A stretch of 57,999 nucleotides of DNA, filler included, from Moniliella sp. 'wahieum' (taxonomy: Eukaryota): assembly GCA_003971905.1 (NCBI GenBank). It is 3 parts of 3 records of this genome, joined end to end, with 100 filler letters (N's around TTAATTAATTAA, not from the genome) between each part and the next. Parts side by side here need not be neighbours in the genome. Positions count along the whole stretch, not along the records: positions 1 to 18,800 come from RSEE01000198.1; 2 more parts are not named here. One strand, 5' to 3'. Below, in pieces: positions 1 to 11,953 of the stretch. Every line of letters begins with the position of its first letter. Positions within the stretch are counted from its first letter, which is position 1. The position numbers and the translations under genes are program-made. Below the pieces are notes generated by a model. That model saw nothing but the letters and a program-made list of their open reading frames with translations. It did not search any database and was not told where the DNA came from.

Positions 1-250
1 GCTGTGAGGAAGGGAGTACATCATATTATCCTAGTCGTAGTCGAGCTGGAAGCGGAGAAACTGTATTCTTCAAGATTTGGTTCATCCCCTTCGTCTGCGT
101 AATGACTTCCGTGGTAGACCCCCATCTGCCCAAACTTATTGGGAAGGCCAGAGAGATGGCCGGCAAAATTTCCACTTAAAGGGGCGGTCAGTGACGACGG
201 AGTGGCTGAATTATAGTCAGCCAACGCTCCTCTTCTTCGTTCATGTAAAC
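1..250 (-). CDS. Exon of an unidentified minus-strand gene (hypothetical)
   Basis: Minus-strand branch/acceptor-like CTAATACCTGCACGCTAG near 250-268 followed by open frame LHERRGALADYNSATPSS...; no recognisable domain. Confidence 0.25.
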
Positions 251-1285
251 TAGCGTGCAGGTATTAGGGAGACCAAAAGATGGCGAGCTTGGCAGAAGAA
301 CAATCAAACAGGTTGTGATGAAGATGACATTATCTTCAGCGAAGGGTGGGAGCTACTGTTGTTGCCATGTAAGATGGATGGAGAGGCCCGACCATCAGGC
401 CAGGGGACACAAACGAGGCAATGAGAAGCCAGAACAAGGTTAAACCCCAACAATCTATCGGGTGTAAGTGTTCTTGGGGTCCGCAAAAGGGCCGGTTACT
501 GCTTGGGCTTGACCCAAAAACTGTCTTGGCCGTGTCCTTGGTATTAGTAACCATCGAGAGATGCGAAGTTGATCTTTTCTCTACAGCTCCAGCTACTCCT
601 TTTTGTCGATGTACATCGCGAAATCACACGCGCAATCCGGTAGCTCTTTCCTTGACTTGCGCGGCTTTTCAATCCAGCAGGCTAGTACTTCCCTCCACAG
701 ATGCGCTTTTCCCCAATTTTGCAAGCGCGCCATGCTGTTGTCCACCCTCAATCCAGACGCCTGTTTGAGTACAGAATACGGGTCATGGTGGTCGAAACAG
801 CGACATTGAAGGTCTCGCATTTCTCGCAGCCTTTAGTTCTCATGACACATCCAAAAAGGCCCGAGGCCAAGCCATTTGCCGTGCCAACACTTTATTCCAT
901 CGCTTCCGCCTCAATTCACTCACTACACCATTTCCAATGCTGTCTCTGGCGTTCTCCCCCACCGGCAGCCTCAACACCGTTCACGTTAGGGCGTGTGTTG
1001 TCTCCAACGCAGCTGGGATCTGCCTCCTGTTATCTGCAGCTGTCATTCCCGATTCAACAGTCAGACCCCATCCCACTTAAGCCAGCCTTTGTCCAGTGCA
1101 GACATATTCATACCCTTTGGCACCTCTCCCACCCCAATCTGCTCTCTGCCGCTAACTAACACGCATACTGGTTGTCAGTCAGAAGGAAGGGCCGATCGCC
1201 TGTCAACGTGTCAACTCCCTCGACCTAGCTACAGCCATTGCGATGGGTTTGTCGCATGTAACAAGCATACCATCCAAACCTGAGC

Positions 1286-1957
1286 TTACACCAACAGCAG
1301 AGCAATGGTCGAGAGGGCGGTAGCGCCCAAGACAGCATACCCAGTCTTGTACACACCCGGGATGGTCAGGGCGCGACCCGTGTCCCAGAGCAGGTGGCGG
1401 AGGCCGTTAAAAGAGTGGAAGCTGACGACTGCCGCAAGGGGGGGCTTTAAGCAACGTCTTGAACCAGAACGGCAGCGAGCCGGCAATCGCAACCACTTCA
1501 GCTGGCGAAACGTATCTTGCACCAAAAAAGGGGAGAAGCCGTAGACGATCGAGTAGGCGTACAGAACTGGAGTGTGGAGCGGTTAGTTTGAGAGCCAGAC
1601 ACAATGGCCAAAGAGCAGAGAACACAGGAGGGAGGCAGGACGTACTGCCGACTGTCGCGCAGCCGTGGCGCGGTGAAAACCCGACAGAGCCAGGTCAGCT
1701 GGGGCTGGTAGATGTCGAGATGGGGCGAAGTAGGACGGCGGTTGCGTTGGCCATCGAGCTGCTGCAGCTCCTGGGCTTCGGACAGCTCCTGAATCGCGAT
1801 GGCTTCTTGGCCGGCGCTTGGGTTGAGAGGCTGCGGGCCACCGGCGGCGCGAGTGCGAGCGGGCGCACGGCCGCCACTCGGGCCCCGGCACCAGCCCGAC
1901 AAGCGCGCGGCGGGCCAGCAGCGAGTGCGACAGACCAATCGTCCGGATCGAGTTCAT
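1286..1957 (-). CDS. SDH3: Succinate dehydrogenase cytochrome b560 subunit (SDHC/Sdh3)
   Basis: Presequence-like MNSIRTIGLSHSLLARRAL; RNRRPTSPHLDIYQPQLTW; after a GTACGT..CTAAC..CAG intron (~1567-1645) FHSFNGLRHLLWDTG...VYKTGYAVLGATALSTIALLLV*; frameshifts present. Confidence 0.93.
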
Positions 1958-2306
1958 CCTGGGCGGCGCGGGAACGGAGGTGGGCGGGGAAGGCTGCGCA
2001 GCCAGCGCCTCCAGCCTCCAGCCGGCCACCGCCAGCGCCAACCCCAACCCCAACCCAGCCCGGCCGGCCCCGCCGGACTAGTGACTGGACGGCGGTGGTG
2101 GACACTCCCCGGCGGCGGGAGCCGGAACTACCGGCGGGCACACAGGCGCTGCGCCAGGGACTCGCCTTCCCTCGTGGGCAGCTGCCGGGGAGGCAGTATC
2201 CCATTTCTAATTCTTCCCTGAGCTGCCGTGCCAGTTGTTCAAATTGCCCGCGTCCCGGCTGCCCGACTGCGAGGCCCATATTGGAGGAAAGCTAGGGCAG
2301 ATATTA

Positions 2307-2432
2307 GATCGATGATCGAGATGATCGTTAAACTTCAACGTTCAAGTTCAACGTTCAACGTTCAACGTACGTTCAATGTTCAACGTTCAACGTTCAATGC
2401 TCGAGCGCTGAGCGCGCTGAGCACATCTGAGC
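2307..2432. repeat. 7-bp-period palindromic repeat cluster (TGATCGA, TCAACGT x~9, TGAGCGC)
   Basis: gatcgatgatcgagatgatcg...ttcaacgttcaagttcaacgttcaacgttcaacg...gagcgctgagcgcgctgagc. Confidence 0.9.
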
Positions 2433-3743
2433 CGCTTACAAGTCGTGCTATCGACTGCCCGTCTTCTTCCGACCTTGACATGACACTCCACAACCAAAAG
2501 ACCTTGTAAGACTAGGAGAGAACATGCCATACAGAACCCATACTGTAACACAGCACCAACCCCATCACCACCTGCAGCGCCCACTTTCGTCACTCCCGTG
2601 TATCCTCCACTGCGGCAATATGTCAACCGCCCACCGTCCAGGCCCAAACGGCCCTTTTTGAGAAAATGCCGCATTAGAGCAAGAGCGCTGGCTGCTGGCT
2701 TCACTTCCACTAACAAGAGCAGGTGCGCATCTTGCGAACACCAAACTTGGGACGGATGCCACTCGTGTACAGATCGCCGTTCTCAGCTGCGAACACCTTG
2801 ACACACCCTGTGCCACTGCTCCAAGCGGGTCGGATCCGTCGCACGGCCCTCGGCACTAGCATCGACAACGAAAAGGCACGCTCTGTCGGGTCCGCCACAG
2901 AACGTGTTGACATTCAGCGTCTCCCAGCTTATATAGCCTTCTGACGAAATGGCCGCCCCCGTCGCAGGACCATCGCAATCGGTACCGCTGCCGCCTGGCT
3001 CTCGAGCGACTGTGGATCACTTCCCCCAGCCCTGCACGACCGAGTCAAAAGCACGAGTTGGATAGATGCACCTTGACCGCCTATAAGTTGTACCGTATCC
3101 CAGGCATCTTGGACGCCGCAAAGCGCGAAAAACAAGCCCTGATAACAATTTGTCTACTAGAGAGAGTAGTAGTCTTGTATCCAATCTGAAGGACCACATT
3201 GCGCTCTTCCGAAGGCGAATGTCATCGACGGACGGGAACAGCCACAAACTCTTCAACAGGCTCGACGCAGGACGCGTTTACACAGTACGATACAGTTGCC
3301 AAAAGGTCTTCGGCTGAAAGGAGCATGCCGGCAATGGTATAATCCGAGAAGGTAGAGGCGAAAGGATCGACAAAAACATAGGAACGGGTGGTTGTCTAGC
3401 TGGCTGCACGATTGCAGGAGGGAGGCTTGCTGAGTCGTGTAATAAGGGGCAAACAGTTTTTCTGAGCTCAAGGGAGCGAATGACCGAGAATATGTCGAAC
3501 AAGGACACGTCCACACCCAGAGCTGCTTTTGGCTTGCATGTAGAGAAAATAGGACGAAGAGATTGATACACCTTCTCTTCGTAGCTCATATTCTCCACCC
3601 CTTCGCGGCCTCCTTCCTCAAAGGATAACTCCAAGGAACCAATGCTTCTGCAAGTCAGCTTCAGTTGCTTAATAACTCAGTCCTTGTTATTGGGTTAACG
3701 TGGTTAACCCTGACCGCGTTGGCCACGTTGACCACACGTTTAA

Positions 3744-3914
3744 AACGTTCAACGTTCAACGGCGGTTCAACGTTCAACAGTGAAGCTTGAAGCTTGAAGT
3801 TCACTTCCGTACTCAATATTAGCGCTCATCCTGAGCGGAGCGTCAGCCGCTCAGCCGACTAGCTGACTCCTCTCTGAGATCTGACTAGTGGCCGGTGACC
3901 GGTGACCGGTGACC
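3744..3914. repeat. 7-bp-period palindromic repeat cluster (TCAACGT, TGAAGCT, TGAGATC/TGACTAG, TGACCGG)
   Basis: aacgttcaacgttcaac; tgaagcttgaagcttga; tgagatctgactagtg; ccggtgaccggtgaccggtgacc. Confidence 0.9.
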
Positions 3915-4238
3915 AGCAGCTCTTTCAAGGGGCCATCGATATTCGATGGCGGCCACAGATGTGCTAGAGTGCGACTTGGGAGCACTCGCGATCCTATGGA
4001 TCAGCTGCAAAGCAGCCTTCAGACAAGGCGTGAAGGCAAAGTGGTGAGCCACAGTCTTCAAGCAACGTCTGAAGGGAAGGAAAGGAGAGAAAAGAAGGGA
4101 GATGGAGCGAGCAGGGCGTGCGCGGCCTGCGAGCGGAACGCTTCCGCTCGGCTAGGCGAGTGTCACGATCCATTGAGGGCCGCGCAGGAGAACCCTAGCA
4201 GTACCCTCTAACAAGATGGTCATGCGGCCATCGAAGCG

Positions 4239-4348
4239 TCATGCGCGTCATGCACCATGCACCATACATCATGCATCATGCATCATGCATCATCGCGCAA
4301 CACCCCAGCTCAATTTGACATGTGACGTGCACGTGACATTTGACATGA
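4239..4348. repeat. 7-bp-period palindromic repeat cluster (TCATGCA, TGACATG)
   Basis: tcatgcatcatgcatcatgcatca at 4269-4292; tgacatgtga at 4316-4325. Confidence 0.85.
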
Positions 4349-5303
4349 AGGGCACGACAGGGCCCAGCAGGGTCCAGCCCGGCTCGGCTTGATGCCCTGA
4401 TGAGGCGGCCAGACTTGGCCTGCGTAGCCTGGCTTAGCTGTGTCACGGGCGGGCGCCGCTAGGGGGCCCGCCCTGGGGTTTTTGGGGTACAATCCCTTAG
4501 GCGACGGTAGGTCGACTCACGGTAGTTTCGGGCTTAGGCTGGTTGGTGTGTCCGAGCGGAGCTAGGGACGAGGAGAGGCCTTTGGTGGGGCGGCTGCACG
4601 TGAGGCAAGGCTGCGTCTGCACCGGCTTGGGCCGTAGTAACGTGTCTGAAGCCTCCGGGACTTAAGGACGGAGGAGGCAGCGGCGGACAAACACTGCCTT
4701 AACTGGGACTGGGAATCGCCGCGACCGAAGGAGGGCTCGCGCGATTGGACTGACGAAGGGCTGGAGGACGAGATCGGAGGAGATGTCGGGCGCTAACAAG
4801 AGGAGCTGCCTGTACTGGATCAATTGGCTGGAAAACGGGCAGGAGTCGGACAGGATAGGCGGGAAAGGGACGAAGGTGGAGACGAGATGACGAGAATGGA
4901 AGGTGGGGGAAAAGATCCCATCAACCAGGGTACAGGCAGGATCAAAAGGGAAACGGATACAAGAGGGGGTGTAGAAAGGAGGACATGTCAAAGCGGGGTT
5001 GGTCGCCACAGGCGCGACCGAGAAAGGAAACGGAAACGGGGACGGGACAGCAGATGCCGCCACGGCACTGGAAGCTCGGTGGCCTTATTAGGCCGGCCGA
5101 CTTGGACTTGGGCGGGGGCGACTATTGTCGCGCGGAGCATGGCCCTTCGGCCACGATACTTAATTTAGCCAACCATCATCACACTTGGTTGGCCTGCGGA
5201 GCACGCTCTACTGGGCATGTTCGGAGCAGGCGGGCCTTAGCTTGGGTCGGACCATCTCGTGTCCGCCGCAGCCCGTGACAAGCTGCCTCATCACATTGGC
5301 GGC

Positions 5304-5362
5304 TCAGTGCCTCAGGGCCTCAGTACTCGGTGCGCTCAGTGCACTGAACTCAGTACTCAGTG
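5304..5362. repeat. Degenerate 7-bp-period cluster (TCAGTAC, TCAGGCC-like)
   Basis: tcagggcctcagtactc...tcagtactcagtga. Confidence 0.7.
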
Positions 5363-6382
5363 AGTGCGGTTCGGTGAATACGGAGGGAGGACGGAGGACT
5401 GAGCGGATGACTAGATGACTAGGACTCTGGATGAGTTGGACAGCCCACTCAGCGTGTGGTTGCCAGATCCGGATGGCTGACTGGCCTTGGCTGGCTGGAC
5501 TGTGGTGCTGATGCTGGTGCTGCTTGTGGAGCGCACAAACGGGGCGGAGCGTGGTGGAGCAGTCCAGCAACAGAAATACGCCGCGTACTGTGCTGTTACG
5601 TGGCGCGGGTGACGTCACTTTGGGGGTAGAGAGGCGCAGGGCAGGACAGCGACAGCCCAGGGCTCTTGGCCGATGGTCGATGGGGGGCAGATCGCACAAT
5701 GCCCACCGTTTCCGGCCTGCAGATCTTGATCGCGGCGGAGGCAACGAGCAGCGGCTGGAGCCGAGACTGGGCGGGTGCGGGCCGCGGGTACCAGCCTGCA
5801 CCAGACCAGCAGCAGCCATTATAATGTTTAATCATGGATCTTTTAACTTCTTCACCGATCGTGTCGGGGGAGACAGGGCCTAGTGCCTCGCAGTGCCTCT
5901 GGTAGTGTCGGAGGCCGCGAAGGCCTCAGCGCCTCAGCGCCGCGAAGTACGAAGTACCCTATGCACCCTGGCGACGCAGGGCGCGTCCAGCGCTGCACTA
6001 GGCCCACAGGACCCCACGCATGCGTACGTACGCGGGGACGCAGGACGCATGCGATGTCCAACACGTTTTTCTGCGACACGTCGGCAGGTACACTGCCCGG
6101 AGGCGGGACCACCCCACCTGATGAGACAGCCCAGCCCCCCGTCCATCCCCCGATGGACACGCACTGCGCCAGTCGGCGCCGCTGCCCGCAGCACCAGCAC
6201 CCCTGCAGCACTCCGCCCGGCGGGGGGATGGGCCGGAGTATGCAATGGGATGCAATAGGACGCAATCGGACGCAGTACGACGCAGTAGCAGGCAGTGGGC
6301 TCCCACGCGTCCCACCCATCATAAACACCCTGTCTGACCATCCACACTCGGCCCTGCGAGGCGCTGCCAGTGCCTGAGGGCG

Positions 6383-9126
6383 ATGGCTCGGCTGCAGCGC
6401 GTCTGCATCGAGCAGCCCTCTTCAAAGGGCGGGGTTCAACGTTCACGCCGCGCCCCATATTCCAGGCCCCTGCCCCTTCCTCCCCGCCACCACCACCTCG
6501 CCCCCCTCCATGCCTGGCGCAGCATCGCTCCCCCCGATGCGACCGCCGTGCCCAACGCCTCCCCCGGCCCCCTCCACTCCCGCCCCTCCCGCCCCCCTCC
6601 ATCTGAGCCTGCTCGGCCTCGCCCGCCCGCCCGCCCTCGCGCCGAGCCCCGCCTACTCGCCCCCGCCGTCTCCTCTGCTCGCGCCACCAGCCCTCCACTG
6701 CGCCCGCCCCCACCAGCGTCCTCCAGCACCTCGCTCGCCAGGTCGCCTCCCGCGCCTCCACCGCGCCGCCCGCAATGCAGCCGCCATCCTCCTCGCCCGC
6801 CTCGCCTGCCCTGTATGTGGAGAGGCGCTGGAGAACCCCGTCACACTCCCCTGTGGCCATTCCGCCTGCGCCACCTGCCTCGTCCCGCCGACCAACCGTT
6901 TCGCCCTTGATCCTTCCTCCCGCCGCCAGCCCCGCCGCCACCCTCTCTTGCGGCCCTCGCTTCCCTCCCACCCGCCTCCCAACATCTTGGCCCCTCTCCC
7001 CGTTCGCCCCAACCGTGGCCCCCTTCGTCCTCTCCTGACGATACAGGCAGCGTGGATATTGCTCTTCTTCATCTCTCACCGCCACCGGTTCCACCAGCAG
7101 CTCGGGCCGAAGCAGTTTTCTCCCCCGCCTGGCCGCCTCGGCCCTGCGCAGCCTGACGTTGAGGTCGGATCCCACTCAGAGCCACAAGCACCCGTTGCTG
7201 CTACCGCCCCAACCTCCTCCAACCCAACCTCAGCCCTGAGCCCAAGCCCAAGCTCACGTCCAAGTCCAACTTCAAGCCCAGATCCAAACCCTCGCTTTCT
7301 CTCCTGACCACACGGTCGCCCAGCAAAAGCGGCAAGCGCCTCAGTCGTCTTTTCCGGCGCGCGCCGCCGCAGTTCCACCGTTTCCTCCACTTCGCAACCT
7401 AGGCCACGCCTCTTGACCCGCCCCGTCTACCGCGTCCGCAAAGCCTCTCACCATGCCCGTCGTGGTTGGGTTGCACACACTGTACCACTCTCCTCCACGA
7501 CCGTTGCCTGCCCCGTGGATGCGTGCCCGCGTTCAGTCTTGGGACAAGGCGTAGGTGCTTGGGTTAACCGTTCCATTCGCTACACACTCCCCTCCCTTTC
7601 CTCCTCCTCCCGGAATCTCCCCGTAAAAGTGGAAGAAGACAGGTTGGGCTGGGGAGTGCCTCCTTCCCTTGATCATGCCGCGATGCCGCGATCATCGCGA
7701 CAGTCCAAAAACCCCATCAACTCAGGATTTGGCTAGGCCACCCCGAATCGGCAAGCAGCCTGCACCTGGTCGAACCCCATCGGCGTAGCCGCCGCCGCGC
7801 GTGCCACCATTCGAACCCTGGGGGCTGCGCTTCCTCTATCCTGCCCCTGTCCCATTCTACCCTTGGTCGCGCTTTGACATCCGGTGCCATCACGGCCTCC
7901 CGGACCGTTCCCTCAATAGGCGTGGCAGATGGGGTGGCGGACAATTGGAATCCGGCGTCTGCACCCCCTCCTCTTCACCGAGGGGGATCCCCGTCCCCGC
8001 CTTGGTTCCAGGCGAGCTCCGGTCTGCCTGCTGACACTCTCCTTCCCACATGCTCCGACTCCTCGGCCTCGTCCAACTCCGAGAGCACGTCTGCCTCCCC
8101 AAGAGAGGGTGGCTTGCCCTGGTTGCGCAAGCCTCTCTCCGTCTCAGCCCACTCGCTTCCTGAGCCAAGACAGATCGCTCGGCAGGCCTTTAATGTCGAC
8201 ACAATTCTGGCTCAGCTGATTAGGTTGTTGCAAGCTTCATCGCAGGGTACCCCGTCTGTGGCAGCGCGCCCTTCTCCTCTCAGTCCGCAGGACAGTGACG
8301 TATGTGCCTCCCCGTACCGGGTCAGGACTGGCGACAGCAAGAGGGAGGGCGAACCGAGTCCCAAGCGCATTCGTATTGCTTCTGCCTCGGCTTCTTATTC
8401 TGCTTCCACTTCCGGCTCGGGCTTTGACCAAACCAGCCGCCCAGCTGTCCTGGGATGCTAGGCGTAGAAGGCACCAGTCTTTCCGGCCTGCGCACATCGC
8501 TTCTTACCCTGCTCATTTGCCCTCTTCGCGGCCATCTGCTCGCCCGTCCCACCTGTCTTCCCTGCGGCCACACTTTTTGCCGTGACTGTCTGACAGGCCA
8601 CCACACCTGTCCCATCTGCGCCCGCCCCCTCCCGGCACAGGAGTGGATCCGTTCGCATGAGCCCACCCAAGCGCTTGAAACGGTGCTAATGGCCAACTTT
8701 GAGGTCCCGCTGTTGGAGCAGCGGGCTGAGACAGGGATACAGACCAGCGGAAACATCGAGCAAGACCCCGGCCCATTCTTGAGTCGCAACGGTGACACTT
8801 CTCTACCTGGCCAAGCTGTTCCGGCCGCGGTGCCGGTCCCCCCATCGCGTCCCCACCTGCTGCGGAACGATTCGGACCCGTTGCGCCTGGATGGTTCGGC
8901 TGTTGCCGCACCGGCGACAGCGCAGCCACACGCTCACGTTGGGTTGGGTACTACGGGGTGTGACCGGACGGCACTGACGCCGGCTGCGCAAACGGCTATC
9001 TTGGATGCGCTGGTGGCCAGGGCACGGTGGGCGCCCAGCTGCTTGCTGGATCCTTCCGTACCCATCCTTCCTTTTCCCTCGCAGCCGAGTACGAACAGAG
9101 GCTGGCCTCGTCGTCGTGACGCGTAG
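6383..9126 (+). CDS. Tandem RING-HC zinc-finger protein, probable E3 ubiquitin ligase (LONRF-like architecture)
   Basis: RING1 LACPVCGEALENPVTLPCGHSACATC with a distal CPVDAC near 7508; RING2 LICPLRGHLLARPTCLPCGHTFCRDCL..TCPICARPL; long P/S-rich linkers; start, end and any LON domain uncertain because of frameshifts. Confidence 0.65.
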
Positions 9127-10412
9127 CGGTGCCCTCTTGTCGTTCCTGTCTGCCAGCCTTTAATTTTTCGGTTTGTTAGTAGAATTGGGTCTTGGGGTCG
9201 ATCGTCCCCTCTGCACACCACAATTGATGCTGAATGTGTCTCGGAAGGAAGCATAGGGTGCCCTCTCTTGTTTTGCTTTTGCTCGTGTTTCTTCTTCTTT
9301 ACGATATCAATCTTCCGTCTTGCTTTTTGTCCTTGCTTCCCATCGGTTTGATCATAGAGCAGAACGTGAACCACTATAAATGCAGGATATCCCCCTCATG
9401 TCCTTCGCAAACATATGCTGTGGATTGCTTTTGTGCCCAGGCCAGGGTGGGGAAGCCTAATCCTACTGTTGTCCGGCAGCTTATCAACTACAACAATGTC
9501 GGCTCCTGCGCACTCCATCCCTTCACCTTGAGGGATGGCCCATGGATTCCATCTTTAGTCGTGCCGCCGCGCCCCGCGTGAATCAAGCCCACCCGCTCCC
9601 ATCAGTTCTTTAGGAAAATCGAGCCACCACAGGCTCAATGTCCGAGAGGAACGGGGGCCTTTCCCACCAGTTCCCTCAATAAGTTCCTGACAGTCACGAG
9701 AAAGCATGCTCGGTCTCTGATGTAGCCCAGCGTAAGGTCGTCCCATACTCTTCCCGTAGGGAGAGACACGCCGCCTCCTGCCACCCTGAGTGGCAGGGCT
9801 AGCCACAACCCTGTTTGGTTAACACGGGGGACTTCTCCTAGCCCAAGCCCCTTCGATGGGGGTACACCGCTCAGGTTGGTCGCCTTCACTCAGAGGAGGA
9901 TGTATATGGACGTGGGCTTCACACAAGGTTTCCTCACTTGGCACCGTGTAGTTCGGGAGCAGGCGCCAGGCTCCACAGACCTTGACATCCTTTTGTAGAA
10001 AGAAGACCTTCCGGGGATCAGGAAACTTTTGAACGCACCTCGCGTGCATTGATGACGGACTCACGAGCACCGCGGTGTGCTCTTGGACATTTCTCTGCCC
10101 GGTGCCTTCCCACCTCCCTTGCGGTTACGGGGATTACCGTCATCGCATTTCGGGATCTGATTGGGGTACTCATCCTCAAGTTCATCTATAATAATCTCTA
10201 GGTAAAATCGTTGATCGTGTCACTTACCTATACTCGATCCACCAGGGGAGACTGGTCGTTATCTTTCCGTGGGTCTTTTCGTGTCGGGGTTAGCAGCCCG
10301 TAGCAATCTGATTTTGGCCAACAAAAGTGTCATCCCCTCAAAGGATAACCCCGTGGCATTTGCACACCTTGTTAAAAAAGGGGGGGACGGGCAAGGAGCA
10401 CAGTAGAGGAAG

Positions 10413-11326
10413 TTACTCATCCACTGGGAACGGCGGCAAGCCCCACTCTTCCGGTCGGAAGTCCAACATGGACGTCAGCGTATGATGCGGCGATCCGGGT
10501 CCTCTTCAGGCGGCCCAGGAAGCTGGTTGCCATGCGCGGCCAGCAAATTCGCATCCGGTACCAGACGACCCGCATTCCCGCCCTCCGGTCCGGCTGTCAC
10601 ACCCGGTCGTCATCTTCAAGACAAGGACGTGCTCTTCGCCCCCGCGCAAAGGATCCTCATCGTGGGCAGAACCCGGCTGTTTGATTTTGGACGGCCAATC
10701 GTTCGCGTGGTCCTCCAAGCCTTCACGTGCGGCAACAAGGAAATGTCCGGATTGGGTTTGCCCCGTTCAACACGCGGATCGTCCCCTACGACGATGCGCG
10801 AACCAAACAGGGCAAACAACGCTGGATTGGCCGCTGCTTGACGTCAAACCGAACCCGTTGCTTCCGGTTGCTACTGCGATGGGAATGTGATGGTCATGCA
10901 GGTGCTGGACCAAGCGGACCACACCAGGCAAGGGCCGTACGCGGCGGAAACGCAGAGAGGATGGCTTCGTTGCGTTGGGGTCAAAAACTCGGCCAAGGTA
11001 AAGGGACAATCAGCTTGGTTGAACGGCTCGTCCACGCCATCACGGGGCGGCCAGAGGGCAGCAAGCAGGATGGTGGAGGACACATGGTCGGGCGGCCCAT
11101 CATTGCTTTAATGGCCCATGTCTGTTCCTTGCCATACGGACGGAGCAGATCGTTGACCACTTCCGTGTACACATCCTCCGAGTCGAGCAGCAGCCCATCC
11201 ATCTGGGCCCCATTCGCATGTCCACAAACCAGCGTCAGTCCCAGTTCCACGCACACCAGCATGCCCAGCTACGCACATCGAACAGGCACGCCTTAATCGT
11301 GCCCCGGCGGGCGTAGAAGACGCCAT
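10413..11326 (-). CDS. HAD-superfamily phosphatase, HDHD1/pseudouridine-5'-phosphatase-like
   Basis: IKACLFD|intron|MDGLLLDSEDVYTEVVNDLLRPYGK; PLPGVVRLVQHLHDHHIPIAVATGS; VVGDDPRVERGKPNPDI; C-terminus TLTSMLDFRPEEWGLPPFPVDE*. Confidence 0.9.
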
Positions 11327-11599
11327 GCTTGGCAGTGCGAGGTGGTGGTCGTGCCTTAGCAGCTCGCCCGAGCAGCCGAAGCCTCGTCTGGTGCTCGGAG
11401 TAGCCATCGAGCCATCGAGTCATCGACTCATCCCGCCGGCCACTGTTTGGAAACTTAGTCATCTATCACCCATCCTCATCGCTCGCACTGCCTCAGACCA
11501 TCGGGCCCCACCGTGATTTCATCTTCCCTATCCCGCCACATGCCGCATGTCACCTGCCTCTCTCTCGGTGTCCCTGGGGTAACGTTAAACCGGCAACAC

Positions 11600-11800
11600 A
11601 CACCACCACATCACCACCACCACCACCACCACCACCATGTCGTCCTCAAGAGGAGATCACATTTGAATCCTCTGCCCAGTACGGCATCCCCATCCCTATT
11701 CCCTCCATCGCGCCCATCGCGCCCATCGCACCCATCGCGCCCATCGCTCCCTCCGCTCCCTCCGCGCTCATCGCGCCCTCTGCGCCCTCCGCCCCATCGC
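11600..11800. repeat. (CAC)n microsatellite and ATCGCGCCC-type 9-mer tandem repeat in the divergent HAD/MER3 intergenic region
   Basis: caccaccaccaccaccacc; atcgcgccc atcgcgccc atcgcaccc atcgcgccc atcgctccc. Confidence 0.85.
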
Positions 11801-11953
11801 GACCACCACCCCTCTTCTGCCTACAACCGTCTACATGCGCCCCCGGCCGGCCCTCGTACTTCCCGACCTTCGTTTCAACATACCCTCCATACCTTTGTCC
11901 GCCCTGCCCCCACTCCAGTGCATGCACACACCACCACCACCACACAAAACAAC

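Noticed and set aside
2331..2399. Heat-shock elements in the TTC/GAA repeats
   Set aside because: Period is 7 and direct, not the alternating 5-bp nGAAn arrangement
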